Shown: positions 26,979 to 39,214 of the stretch, in pieces | Layout of the letters: each line of letters starts with the position of its first letter | Numbering within the stretch: the first letter of the stretch is position 1 | Source: the human T2T-CHM13v2.0 reference genome, Homo sapiens | Direction: 5' to 3' (one strand) | NCBI RefSeq assembly: GCF_009914755.1 | Contig: NC_060926.1 | Length of the DNA stretch: 64,000 bases | The notes under the pieces: model-generated | What the model saw: the letters and a program-made list of their open reading frames with translations, nothing else | The model's database searches: none | What the model was told of the DNA's origin: nothing | Translations under genes and position numbers: made by a program

Positions 26979-27278
26979 GGCTAGCCGTGGTGGCTCACGC
27001 CTGTAATCAACAGCACTTTAGAAGCCCGAGGCTTGCCAATTGCTTGAGCCTGGAAGCTGGAAACCAGCCTGGGCAACAAAGTGAGACACTGTCTCTATAA
27101 AAAAATAAAACAAAGCAGGCATGGTGGCGGGTGCTTGTAGTACCAGTTACTCAGGAGCCTGTGGTGGGAGGATTGCTTGAGCCCAAGAGGTAGAGCAGTG
27201 AGATGAGATCACACCACTGCACTCCAGCCTGGGTGACAGAGTAAGACTCTGTCTCAAAAACAAATCAAAACAAAATAC
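26979..27278 (+). mobile_element. AluJ
   Basis: Full dimer with ggaggattgcttgagccc, A-rich tail and approximate TSD CAAGATTAG on both sides. Confidence 0.92.
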
Positions 27279-27479
27279 AAGATTAGAGTTGTTCTGGTTG
27301 ATCAGTAGGTGGGGGCATATGGAGACCCACCTATCAACCCTCCCCATTCACCAGCTGCTCTGCCTCTGTATTCCTATACTAAATGCATTTTTAGAGATAA
27401 CTACTGTGTAATCTTATTTTCAAACCTTATGTTTTAGACATGGTTCCTAATGACCTCTTAAAGTGCAAATATTCCTAGG

Positions 27480-27650
27480 AACTAGGATTTCCTACTGGGT
27501 AGATTTTACCACAAGTGCGATTACCCTAATGGGTAGAATCATATATATATGGCTCAGTGAGGTTTATTAATTTGCCTGGGGTCAACAAGCAGCAAGTGGT
27601 ATATGCAATATTTGCAACCAGAAGGATCTGAAGCCAAAGTATGTGCTTTT
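27480..27650 (-). mobile_element. MIR (degraded)
   Basis: ggctcagtgaggtt...aatttgcctggggtcaaca...gcaagtgg. Confidence 0.5.
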
Positions 27651-28246
27651 TCCTGCAATATTAAAATATTGTATCAGTAAGTTTCCCATATTTGTAATTT
27701 GTATATATATATATACACATATATATATATGCCCATAACACTTAATCAGTATATGAGTTTATGCATTTTATTTTGCATGGGCATATATAACTTTACGTGT
27801 AACACTTATTGACAGACCACATAATGATGTATATGCCGCATCTCTTGAACCAAACAGAACAGTTAAATCTTGAAATAACCTATTTCTATAACTAATAGAA
27901 ATAAGTCATTATAATATAACTAGTATGAATAATACTTTTGTTGACTTAAGCATAATCATACAACTAATTAGTATATAAAACCGAGAATGTCTCAATGCTG
28001 ACATTGAGGGGAATCTCGCAATGTTCTGTGTTGGGGGAATCTCGCAAACCAAAACTGTACACACTCAAAATATTAACAAACAGTAATAAAAATTTTTAAA
28101 TAAGAAAGCAACGTAGAGAAATCTATTCCCTCTCCTTCAGTTTTTATATCATAAAACTAGAACCCAGGGAGATAGAAAAAAGCATTTTTAAAGGAAATAA
28201 CAGATCCCAATCTAAAGCATCTATTGTATACTGTAGCTAGAGATAA

Positions 28247-28322
28247 TATTACCAAACTCAATCAAATTATTACCAAACTCAAATTATTATCAAATCAAAT
28301 ATTACCAAACTCAATCAAATTA
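28247..28322. repeat. Imperfect ~21-bp tandem repeat (TATTACCAAACTCAATCAAAT), about 3.5 copies
   Basis: Read directly. Confidence 0.85.
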
Positions 28323-28699
28323 GTGTGTGTGACTGATAAGAACCTTACTCTCTCAGAGAAGTACAGATTTTAAATACAAATCTTCTTTTGTTAACTATAA
28401 ACTCTTTGAGGGCAAAGATTCATGTTACATAGTTTTTTTGGTCATTTTTATACAGTAATTTACCTGCTGTATTAAATAGGAATTTATTTGACTAATAACA
28501 GAATCTTAAACCAAAGTACAGGCTGTAATTCAATATTTAAGCAGAATTAATTCTATATTCTGCTGGAGAACTTTCCAGAAGACTCCCCCAATCATACCTC
28601 CTATTGCTGTCTCAGGTCACCCATATATAAATTAGGATACCTATGGCTTTTTCGAGAAAAATTAACTAATAAGATAAGTATAGTTTGTCTCCTCAGTAG

Positions 28700-29069
28700 T
28701 GATACGGTTTGGCTGTGTCCCTACCCAAATCTCATCTTGAATTCCCATGTGTTGTGAGAATTTAACATGAGGTACTGGGAAGGACCCAGTGGGAGGTAAT
28801 TGAAATATGGGGGCAAGTCTTTCGCATACTGTTCTCATGGTAGTGAGTAAGCCTCACAAGATCTGATGGTTTTATAAGGGGGAAACCCATTTTGCTTGGC
28901 TCTCATTCTCTCTCCTGACGCCGCCATGGAAGAAGTGCCTTTTGCCTTCTGCCATGGTTGTGAGGCCTCCCTAGCCATGTGGAACTGTAAGTCCATTAAA
29001 CTTCTTTCTTTTGTAACTTGTCCAGTCTTGGGTATGTCTTTAGCAGCAGCATGAAAACAGACCAATACA
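28700..29069 (+). mobile_element. THE1 (A/B-like) MaLR solo LTR
   Basis: TGATACGGTTTGGCTGTGTCCC start, gtccattaaac poly(A) signal, gaccaatACA end, AGTAG-like TSD. Confidence 0.93.
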
Positions 29070-30039
29070 GTAGTAGCTACTTAAATTCTTCTGAAAAATG
29101 CCTCTATAAGCCTGAGGGCAGTAATCATGCCACTACTCTGCCTTCACTCTTGCAAATCAAATATAGATTATTCTAAATTTATTTTATTTGTCCTACTTTT
29201 AAAATCTATAATTAATTAATATAAGTAATGCTGTCATTGTTATTTTATTATTCTGAGACTCTTTCCAAGCGTTCTGGCATTATTCTTATGATCCACACAG
29301 ATAGGGATGAAAAGAGTTCATTTCTTTCCTGGGTTGTAACTCAATCAGCCTCTTCAGTTCCAAAGATTGGTGGTCTTTTTAATCTCGAAACTTAGAGTAA
29401 TAATTTAAAGTTTACAAGAATTGGGTTAATAAAAAGAATGGCTATTTGGATTTCTTTATGGTACCGTCCAAAAGAAAATCTGAGGGTTATTTTTCTGCCA
29501 AAAATCACTAGAAGCTGTGATGTAAATCATTGAAAAGGTGAGTAGTGATTTTTTCCCCTTCTTAGGAATTCTGCAAAGAGGAGAACATGGGTATAAAAGA
29601 AATGGGTATAGAATTTAATAGTAATGATCAGAAATGGAACTAAGATCATCACTCTAGCTTCTTTGGATAGAGAAATTCTAACAATCCCTAGAGAGGATTT
29701 GTGTGAGGTGGTTAAAATGAAAAGCACACACATGTATACTTGCACACATATGCTTAAATTCAGTAGATGGGTATAAAATATCAGAATTTAGTCACTCATT
29801 CAAAAAATAATTTTGAAGTGCCTACCTCTACCAGATTGAGCCCTGGGAAAAACTTCCTGGTTAAGAACCCTCACTCTAGTTGCCAATGTTTGGAGTCCCA
29901 GTTGATCATCCTCTTCATTTCTTATTTGATCTGAAATTCCTGAATCCGGGTGGCCATAACTAATCCTCCAGAAGTAGATCTAAAACCTGTCCACACAAAA
30001 GCATAATCTGGGTAGCTTTAAATATATATATATATTTCA

Positions 30040-30348
30040 GGCTGGACATGGTGGCTAATGTATATAATTTCAACACTTTGGGAGGCCAAGGCAGGAGAAC
30101 TGCTCGAGCCCAGGAGTTTGAGACCAGCCTGAGCAATATGGTGAAACCCAGTCTCTACAGAAAAAATACGAAAAAAAAAAAAAAATTAACCAGACATGGT
30201 GTCATGCACCTAAGTAGTCCCAGCTACTGGAGAATCTGAGGTGGGAGGATTGCTTGAGCCCAGGATATTGAGGCTCCAGCGAGCCATGATCTTGTCATTG
30301 CACTCCAGCCTGGGTGATGGAGTGAGATTCTGTACCAAAAAAAAAAAA
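30040..30348 (+). mobile_element. AluJ, apparently inserted in a MER5-like fragment (~30003-30467)
   Basis: Full dimer, long central A-run, ggaggattgcttgagcccagga, poly(A) tail. Confidence 0.92.
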
Positions 30349-30879
30349 TCCTTCCTTGGTCCACCTGTATATCTACTAAATCAGAACCCTAGTTTGCAGG
30401 GATGGAGGAAAAAGCCTTCTGGTCATTATGATGAGCTTGTTTGTGAACCAGAATTTTGGAACTACTGATCTTGGGTTCACAATAATAATTCCTAAGAAAA
30501 AAACCTTCTTGACTAATTCAGCCAAGTCACCTAATACAGAAACCTATTAGTTTCTGCTCCACATGGACTCAGATAGTGTCACTGCTATGTACCTTAACAT
30601 TACAAGCACACTGGACTGGAGGCTCAATGCAAAAATTAAAATTTCTTAATATTCCACTCACTTAAAATTATACCATCTTTCAATTTATAATTCTAAAAAA
30701 TCTTCAAATATTGGTACATGCAGATATAGCATATATAGGAAAAAGACATATGGATGATTCAGCTTTTTGAGGTTCTCTAAGTGAATTGATGATAATGTTA
30801 GCTAGAGTCAAATTCTATTAATTATTTATCACTCTTAATTCCTCTCTCTTTTGCTCTCTTCATCTCTCTCTTCCTCCAC

Positions 30880-31100
30880 TATTTTCCTTTAACTACTGAA
30901 TTCCTACTTATCCTACAATACTCAATTTACTTACAGGGAATATTTTCTTTATACCACTAAACTGTAATCTCTATAGCACAAGACATATTTGAAATTTTGT
31001 TCATTGATATATTCCCAGAGCAAGAACAGTGTCTTGCTCTGTACAAAGAAGGTACTGAATAATTAATTGTTGAATAAGTGAATGAGTGAATGCATGTATA
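30880..31100 (+). mobile_element. L2 3' end
   Basis: ccactaaactgtaatctc...tgttcattgatatattcccagag...aagaacagtg...ttgttgaataagtgaatgagtgaatg. Confidence 0.7.
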
Positions 31101-31214
31101 TATGCATGGATAAATTAATCCTATAATTTCTGTTCCTATAGTATCAAGGAATTGTTAGTTAAAATGTATTTGTTTGTTATTTGGTAGCAGCTAATTGCAG
31201 CTAATATAGAATTT

Positions 31215-31358
31215 ATTTTAGCACTCATCATATTGCATTATAATTATTTGTTTCCTTGACTGGATCAAGCCAGGCCTTATTTTTATAAGTATTATATCAG
31301 TCTCATTCAGTGTACTGCATATGGCAGACATTCAATAATGTTACATGAATGAATGAAC
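31215..31358 (+). mobile_element. L2 3' fragment
   Basis: tagcactcatcatattgcattataattatttg...gcagacattcaataatgtt...gaatgaatgaa. Confidence 0.6.
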
Positions 31359-32802
31359 ATAAAAAGCTACCTCTCAAGATTCATATTTATTAAAAATCTG
31401 ATGCCAATGAATTTAGATAATTTAGATATGATCCAGATACAGTAATTTAAATGCTCATTTCATTTCATGACAACATTTTCTACTGGTTGAGAAAACATAA
31501 ATTCCAAAGGGACATTATAAATACGTCTGGGGACCATCATTCATTTCAGTGCTCATATTTCATAAGTAAGCAGGTAAACAGTTCCTAAGTAGATCACTAT
31601 ATCAGGGTTTATATTTGGATAAATTCTTGAAAAAAATATATTTTAAAGAAAATGCTGTCTTTTAATTTAACTTACTCCTTACCAGTTTTTACCATTACAT
31701 TTTTGAATCCTGAATGAGAGCTATTCTGTAAAACATAAAATCCAAATATTCTCTATAGTGATATATATGCCTCTGTAACCTTTTTAATGTTTCAATTAGT
31801 ACTGGTAGAGTCAGAGGTTATATTTAAACGATAAAGGTTCTAAAATTGTATAAAGAGGAGCTACATATTTGGAGGGTCTCAAAATAAGGCACAGAGTAAT
31901 TGAAAATCCATATTATATAATACATAAGATTCATCTTAACAATACAAAATTGATATGTTTTAACAAATAATACATTTTGGAACAGATTTCTGATTTTACT
32001 CATGAAAGTAGTAGTGGGTTACAATATGATATGGAATACAGAAACTAATGATTTGTAATTTAAAAAAGAAAATTAGGGTAATTTTTTTAATTCAAAAATT
32101 TAGAAAATTGCATCTATGTCAAGTCATTCAGGAAGAGTGAAATAAAAATTATGTATGAAAAACCTTGTTAAGTTACCCATAAGAAGATGCATTTTCGTTT
32201 GATTCAATTAATAACTGTTATAAGGAATGCCATTTTATGAATTAATATGGAATAAACAAGAAAAATTTTACTTAACATTTCGTAGGAGACAAAGTAACCA
32301 CAGCAATCAGATTTTTCTTTGGGTTCGGATTAGTCATGGCACTGTGAGCCAATAATTTAAAACGTAAAGAACGAGATACTATGAAATTCACGAGTGGAAG
32401 GAAGAACAAAGGCTATAGTGAGAGAGCAAGCGTATGGTGCTCCCTTTTGTTACCTAGTTCTCCTTTCCTAATGTGTTCAGGAACTAGTTTTAATAGGCAT
32501 TTCATGAAAAAGAAGTTCCACTGTTAATTTTTTTGAAAACTCCAAATTGAGCAAAATTAAAAAGGTATCCCTAATTCAAGTCTACTCACAGTCTTTATTG
32601 TACAATGCCTAATATACAATTAGTTCTAAGTTACTAAATAAACATTTATTCAATGAAAGGGGAATAAAGTATGTAGCATTTCTCACACTGCTCCAGTTTT
32701 TAAGCAAGCACTGGGGGAACTGGGGGATACATGGCGGAGGGTCGTATTAATGTTCCACAGGAAAAAAAATTAAATTAGCATTAAATTCGTGTTTTACCAT
32801 AC

Positions 32803-32947
32803 TTCAATTTGTTTTCATTGTGTTTTTGGCTTATCTGTGACAGCTTTTCAATCAGCTTCCTTTAATTGAGGACTTGACTTGGTTTCTAACTTTTAGCATT
32901 TAAATAATCTTTCTGCCATCTTTTCATTAAGAAGTCATTATTATAGA
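32803..32947 (-). other. Weak candidate internal exon (145 nt), stop-containing
   Basis: Minus strand: ctgttttcag|TCTATAA ... TTGAA|gtatgg, purine-rich body. Frames xL*, SIIMTS*, xYNNDFLMKRWQKDYLNAKS*. Confidence 0.3.
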
Positions 32948-33475
32948 CTGAAAACAGTCTTATAAATACACCATCTCCCTTCAGATTTAAGGAAATTTGT
33001 CTCCTTGATTTTTCTTTACTTTGCCTTTACTTTTAGCATTTACATGAGTTCTATATTTTTCTTCCAGAAACAAAACTCTGCCAATTATATATTGAAAGCT
33101 CATAAGCACAAAATGCACTGTCAACCAATACTGGTTTGTAGGTATTTGATGCCAATGATACAATATTGTTTACTACACTAAAAAGTCATTTATGACATAG
33201 AAGTACATTTCTTGTTTATTTTGATAGCCCGAAATCACAGACAAAATTTTAGTCTACTCTGAGGACACCACACTGCACTGAACTCCCTGAACTGCCAGTG
33301 AAATGTTCTTTGCTTTTCTAAAAGATGTGCTTGTAAGTACTTCAGAATCATAGCAGGGCTGAAATTTGAATAACAACATTTTAGTGGACTCACTCTAACT
33401 CTTCACTTTGCACTGAGATTAGGCTTCCCAAACGGAAACCAAGTTTTCCTCAGGTCAGACACTTCTACTTGTAAA

Positions 33476-33628
33476 GCAATGTCTCTCAAGCTCTAATGCA
33501 CCTGTGAGTGACTTGAAGGTTCTAATAAAATATAGATTTTGATTAAGTAGTTCTGAGGTAGGTCCTGCAATACTGCACTTCTTATAGGTCAGTACTGTTG
33601 GTCTATGGATCTCATTTTGAGTAGCAAG
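33476..33628. mobile_element. MER5-family DNA transposon
   Basis: atagattttgattaagtagttctgaggtaggtcctg...ctgttggtctatggatc...tttgagtagcaag. Confidence 0.6.
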
Positions 33629-34164
33629 ATAGAAGTGCATAAAATATTACTGTTGACTTAGAAGCTAATTCCATCAGTTTCTTAAGAAGTTTATTGCCTA
33701 ATATCCAGCATACCATAACTTAACAATTGTGAATACATTTATTATCTTTTTTTTCCAATAGATTTGCTTAGATTTCTATTTTAAGAGTCAGATCTGGTCC
33801 AGTGATTTCACAGGAACTGCAAATAGTTTGGAGTTATTCTTTTGGAATGCTGTTTTTCCCTAAGGCATTCTTCCTTTTGTATCATTTGGTAAGGGAAACT
33901 TTCATACAATAGGATTTAGCAAACGAATTAGCTGTGTTCTTGATCTATAATAACCTTTCTCTTGTACTCAGGACATAATGAACAAATTTATATATTTCAA
34001 TGCAAAGATGATTAAAATCACTCGGGACTAATGAGGATAGCTTTCAAGTCCTTTAAATTTGTGTATTTATTTGTACTTTCTATGCAACAAATCCGCTTTC
34101 ACAAAATTGTAGATGGCACCTGTTTCTTTCAAACTGCTAGCTCAGACCCTCTCCCATCTCTATT

Positions 34165-34340
34165 ACAATGTCGATTACACTTTAATGTGAATAAGAATCA
34201 CCAGGGGGCTTATTAAAATTGCTCATTCCATGCTCACCCCAGAGGAGTCACATTCTGTATGTCTGGAGTAAAGTCTGAGAATGTGCATTTTGGCAAATAC
34301 CTCTCGCATATCTAATGCAATCTGAGTTGGGGAAACACTG
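34165..34340. mobile_element. MER5-family DNA transposon
   Basis: aagaatcaccagggggcttattaaaa...ctgagaatgtgcatttt...ggaaacactg. Confidence 0.65.
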
Positions 34341-35655
34341 TCTTAAGATCAGTCCAGACCTTAAGCAAGAAGTTTCAACATCAATCCACTCTTGCTACTT
34401 AAAGCCTGATATTATTCCATCTTTGTAACTGAGTTTTTGCACTGTTTCAAAGGTTTTGTTTTCAAATATGCTCCTAATCTACAATTGCTCCCTTTGTTTG
34501 GGTCTTGTCTTGATAATCTGCCTGGTTTTTGCCATTGCTCCTTGGATGAAGGAACTTAACTCATAAATCTTCTCCGGGGACTACAGCTTATCTTTCAAAG
34601 CAGACACTTTTGAGAGTAATATTGAATGCCATTAGTAACTGTGCCAGGATAATTGACATCAGCTGAAACTGTCCAGGGCAGACTTTATGTCATACTGATC
34701 TTGAATCCCAATCCAGGAAAAAATGTTAACCATACTTCAGACTGGTGGCAGATGGTTATCCACTTCTGAATTCTCCATCCCAGTACTATTCTGAGATAGA
34801 AAACTCCTACAGGAGTTTCAAGGCAGATCTCTAGCTGTCACTGCTGTGCTTTACTACCTTCATTCCACACTCTTCCTTCATTCTATTTTCTAGCAGACAT
34901 GATACTCTTAGTGTCTGGCGGTGAAAATGAGTCTGTCTTCTAAGACCCAGCACTACTGTGGCAGTAAGTTTTTTCCCAAAGCATCCCAAAGTGGTTCCTC
35001 AAGCTACAGATAATTGGGATATGAAAGACCATATGCATATACAAGGCAACATTAAATTGAGGTGGCTGTTTTAATTATCCATATTTGAAAGATCCATATA
35101 TTTAATGTCTCATTGTGATGAAAAATAATAGTTCAAAGTATAAAAACACTTCACCAGATAAATGTTTTACCTATTTTGTCATCTTTCTCTTAATGTCATC
35201 ACATGTGAAATAACTGATGCAATTCAGAGAAAAGAGATACGCACTAAAATATACAATATTTTTCTAGATATACCTACACAACTCATTGACAAGTGAAATC
35301 AAGCAACTGGACATTTATTTAGGCATTGCATCAACATTGAGTCATGTCCCTCTCCTCCAAGTATTGAATTATCTAATTATTCATAAAAGAAAATTCAGAG
35401 AAATAACTCTTCCCAATTTTAATAGAATTAAAGTACATTTAAATGGATGCTTCAAACATTCATATGGAGAAATTCAGGACAACGCATACACGGTAACACG
35501 AAATTAATTATACAAAGCATGAAGGAAAATAGACTCATCCATTCTCAAAACCACCTCATTCTCCTACCTACTATATTCAACTGGGTTTTTTAAAGATAAT
35601 TAAGATGAAAATATCACTTTCAAAAAATGTTCCTAGTGCATTATTATCATTATTT

Positions 35656-35990
35656 TCTTAATTTTTAAGTTCCGGGGTACATGTGCAGGATGTGCAGGTT
35701 TGTTACATAGGTAAACGTGTGCCATGGTGGTTTGCTGCACCTGTCAAACCATCACTTACATATTAAGTCCAGCATGCATTAGCTATCTTTCCTAATTCTC
35801 TCCCTCCCCAACCCCACACCTCATCAGGCCCAGTGTGTGTTGTTCCCCTTCCTGTGTCCATGTGTTCTCATTGTTCAGCTCCCACTTATAAGTGAGAACA
35901 TGCAGTGTTTGGCTTTCTGTTCCTGCATTAGTTTGCTGAGGATAATGGCTTCCAGCTCCATCCATGTCCCTGCAAAGGACATAATCTTGC
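35656..35990 (-). mobile_element. 5'-truncated primate L1PA (about L1PA8-like) 3' end
   Basis: ggggtacatgtgcaggatgtgcaggtttgttacataggtaaacgtgtgccatggtgg...cccacttataagtgagaacatg; TSD-like TCATTATTT at 35647 and 35991. Confidence 0.93.
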
Positions 35991-36691
35991 TCATTATTTA
36001 AAAGAGTACAATAAACTAAGAATGTTTTAAAATGTAGTATAGTATTAGTAAATCATATACTCTTGGCTAACCTTACAGGTATGTGTTGTTTTTATAAATT
36101 AACTAGAACTGGTTTAACCCTAGGGTCAGGTTCAAGTGGTGTACACCAGCAATCAGATTACAACTTGATGCAAATTTTGTCTCATTAAAAAAGTCACGCA
36201 TCCCACCACTTCATTTGCAAAATAATTGTGTACCTGACCAAGGTCAGAGAATTTTCCCTCTGTTTCTTTCACTGAGTGAGCTCAACTTATTAAAATGCAG
36301 CTAAACTGTGAGAAAGATTAATTTTTTTTTTCATTTGGGGAAATAACAGGGGAGAGCAAATTTCTAAAAACTTGGGGTTTTATAGTAATTTCTGATTTTC
36401 ATGTTTAGAAAAAGAAATCACATTAAAAATATGCTTTTTTAAAATTTTGAGATAGGATACACTATAATATTATTGTAGTCCAGAAAATCTGTATACTATA
36501 ATTCCTAGGGAAAAAGAGAAAATTATTAGTGTCAAAATACCTATAATTCCCACAGTTACGATATACATTTTTAAAAATTGTTTAAATACACAAACAATGA
36601 TGATGCTGTCCTACTAGAAATGACAGAGCAGAGCTTTTACTCTCTTCAAAATGCATTAACACTTTCATATTCCTAGTTCAAATTAATATTC

Positions 36692-36844
36692 TTTTTTTTT
36701 TTTTAAGACAAGGTCTCACTCTGGGCTGAAGTGCAGTGGAGTGACCAAGACTCACTGAATCTTCAACCTCACAGGCTCAAGTGATCCTCCCACCTCAGCC
36801 TCCCAAAGTGCTGGTATTATAGTTGAGAGCCACCACACCCAGTC
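36692..36844 (-). mobile_element. Monomeric Alu with left-arm 5' part and right-arm 3' part
   Basis: Poly(T), right-arm gtgcagtgg...ctcactg, then left-arm cccaaagtgctgg; TSD CAAATT(A/C)ATATTC at 36679-36691 and 36845-36857. Confidence 0.85.
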
Positions 36845-36907
36845 CAAATTCATATTCCAAATACTCCATGATCTCAAATTATTTTCAGGCCCTTCTTTCT
36901 TCTATAG

Positions 36908-37452
36908 CAATGGTCCCCAACCTTTCGGGCATCAGGAACTGGTTTCGTGGAAGACAATTTTTCCACAGACAGAATAGGGAAGATGGTTTCAGGATGAGTT
37001 AAGCGCATTACAGACACTGTGTACTTTATTTCTATTATTACTATTATATCATACAATAGAATGAAATCATTATACAACTCACCATAATGTAGAATCAGTG
37101 GGAGCCCTGAACTTGTTTTCCTGCAACTGCATGGTCCCATCTGGGGGTGATGATAGACAATGACAGATCATCAGGCATTAGATTCTCGTAAGGAGCATGC
37201 CACCCAGATTCCTTGCATGCGCAGTTCACAAAAGGGTTTGCACTCCTATGAGAATCTAATACTACTGCTGATCTGACAGGTAGGCAGTCTCACTATGTTG
37301 TCCAGGCTGGTCCCAGGTAATGCGAGCTATGGGAAGCAGCTGGCTGTAAATACAGATGAAGCTTTGCTCACCCACTGCTCACCTACCTGCGGTGCAGCCT
37401 GGTTCCTAACAGACCATAGACTGGTCCATGGCCTGGGGGTTGAGGACCCCTG
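36908..37452. mobile_element. MER1A hAT-Charlie non-autonomous DNA transposon, full length
   Basis: Termini caatggtccccaacc ... ggttgaggacccctg; perfect 8-bp TSD TTCTATAG (36900-36907, 37453-37460); internal agatcatcaggcattagattctc. Confidence 0.93.
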
Positions 37453-38620
37453 TTCTATAGCTAAAATCCAATGATTTAAATATAAATACATATTTGTCTA
37501 TTCGATGCTACTAGTATTTTCCTAGGTGACCATTTATTTTTATCATCTATCTCAGTTAAGATTTTTAGATAATCACAATTGATTTAACTCACAGGATTTA
37601 TCAAGATCTTAAAAGGTATATGTAGGGCTCTTTGCTTTATTTGAGAAATAAATAATCACTGCCTCACAACTATGGCTCCATGTGTGTTATTTAATAAAAT
37701 ATTTAATCTTATTGGAAATCCTTTTATATTTTTTTCTCCACAAAGGACAAAGAGCTGAAAATAAATACGAAACAGAATTCTTTGTGGGAATTATAAATAA
37801 AATAAAGGCTAATATTTGCTAAAAGAATTTGAAATGTATATGCCAAAATATTTGCTATTATATAAAAATATAAGTATTATTATATATTTCTTTTTTGTCC
37901 CAAAAGATGGTACTAAGTATTATCTTAGAAGTGAAGTTGACTTTAAACATGATTTTCATAGAAATCTAGTAACTAACAATTTTGAAAATATCCAGAAATG
38001 TCTTAAATTTTTTTTTGTAAGTTATATTATTTGCATAGGTATAGCCCCTACAGTGTTGTTCAAATTCTGAACTTTTTAGCTTCCTTTTATTTTTCTTACT
38101 ATTTAACAATATTAGATTGGTTATGTTCCAGGAACAAATTTCAGTCCATGGGTAAGTATTCAATGTGAACTTATTCACTGATTATAATAGTTGTTGATTG
38201 TTCAATAATATGAGGGATAGACGAGAGCTCCATCCATCATATTATAAGAGTATAGACTGTCTTTGACTAAATGACATATTAAAAGCCTAATATATGTCCC
38301 ATAAAAATATTAATATAAGGCATTTTGCAATTTCTTTATTTAGTTATTTCAAATTATATTGTAGAACATGAATAAACAGAGAAATCAAACTGGTCAGAAT
38401 CTATCTTCATTCTTATCAGCTTGATCTCTGAGTTTACCTTGGGCTTCAAAGGACCAACATAGAGCTAATTGCAAGGGAACCAGTAGGTATAGATAATCTA
38501 GAAGATGCTGTGAATCCTCTTAGAAGAGCAACAATAGCACTGTTATTAAATAATCAAGATTTTATTTTTTAGAAATAATATGTTGACCAAATATATAATA
38601 GAAAACTAAAGTGGCTTGAG

Positions 38621-38814
38621 GGCTGGACATGGTGGTTCAGACCTGTAATCCCAACACGTTGGGAGGTCAAGGCAGGAGGATCACTTGAGCCCAGAAGTTG
38701 GAGACCAACCTGGGCAACATAGGGAGATCTCATCTCTACAAAAAGTAAAAACAACAAAACATCCAGGCATGTTGACATGCATTTGTGGTCCCAGCTATTT
38801 GGGAGGCTGAGGTG
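38621..38814 (+). mobile_element. AluJ, 3'-truncated
   Basis: Complete left arm and linker; right arm ends at gggaggctgaggtg with no poly(A). Confidence 0.9.
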
Positions 38815-38867
38815 TTGCTTATATTAAAGAATTAAGAACCTCACAAATTTAATACAAGCAACATAAA

Positions 38868-39214
38868 TGATATGATTTGGCTGTGTCCCAACTCAAATCT
38901 CATCTTGAATTGTAGCTCCCATAATCCCCACGTGTCATGGGAGGGACCTGGTGGGAGATAACTGAATCATGGGGGTGGGTTTTTCCCGTGCTGTTCTCAT
39001 GAAAGTGAATAAGTCTCATGAGATCTGATGGTTCCATAAAGGGCAGTTCCCCTGCACACACTCTCTTGCCTGCCACCATGTAAGATGTGCCTTCCGTCAT
39101 AATTGTGAGGCCTCTCTAGCCATGTGGAACTGTGAGTCCATTAAACCTCTTTTTCTTTATAAATTTCCCAGTCTTGGGTATTCCTTCATAGCAGTATGAA
39201 AATGGACTAATACA
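38868..39214 (+). mobile_element. THE1 (C/D-like) MaLR solo LTR
   Basis: TGATATGATTTGGCTGTGTCCC...gggcagttcccctgcacac...gtccattaaacctc...ggactaatACA. Confidence 0.93.

Noticed and set aside
28247-28322. Tandem 21-mer as a CRISPR-like array
   Set aside because: No unique spacers; a simple imperfect minisatellite
9960-32947. Assigning a gene symbol to the minus-strand exons
   Set aside because: None of the candidate C-terminal peptides matched a protein I can recall with confidence
34198-34213. CACCAGGGGGC CTCF-like core
   Set aside because: Inside a MER5 fossil, with mismatches at both ends of the motif
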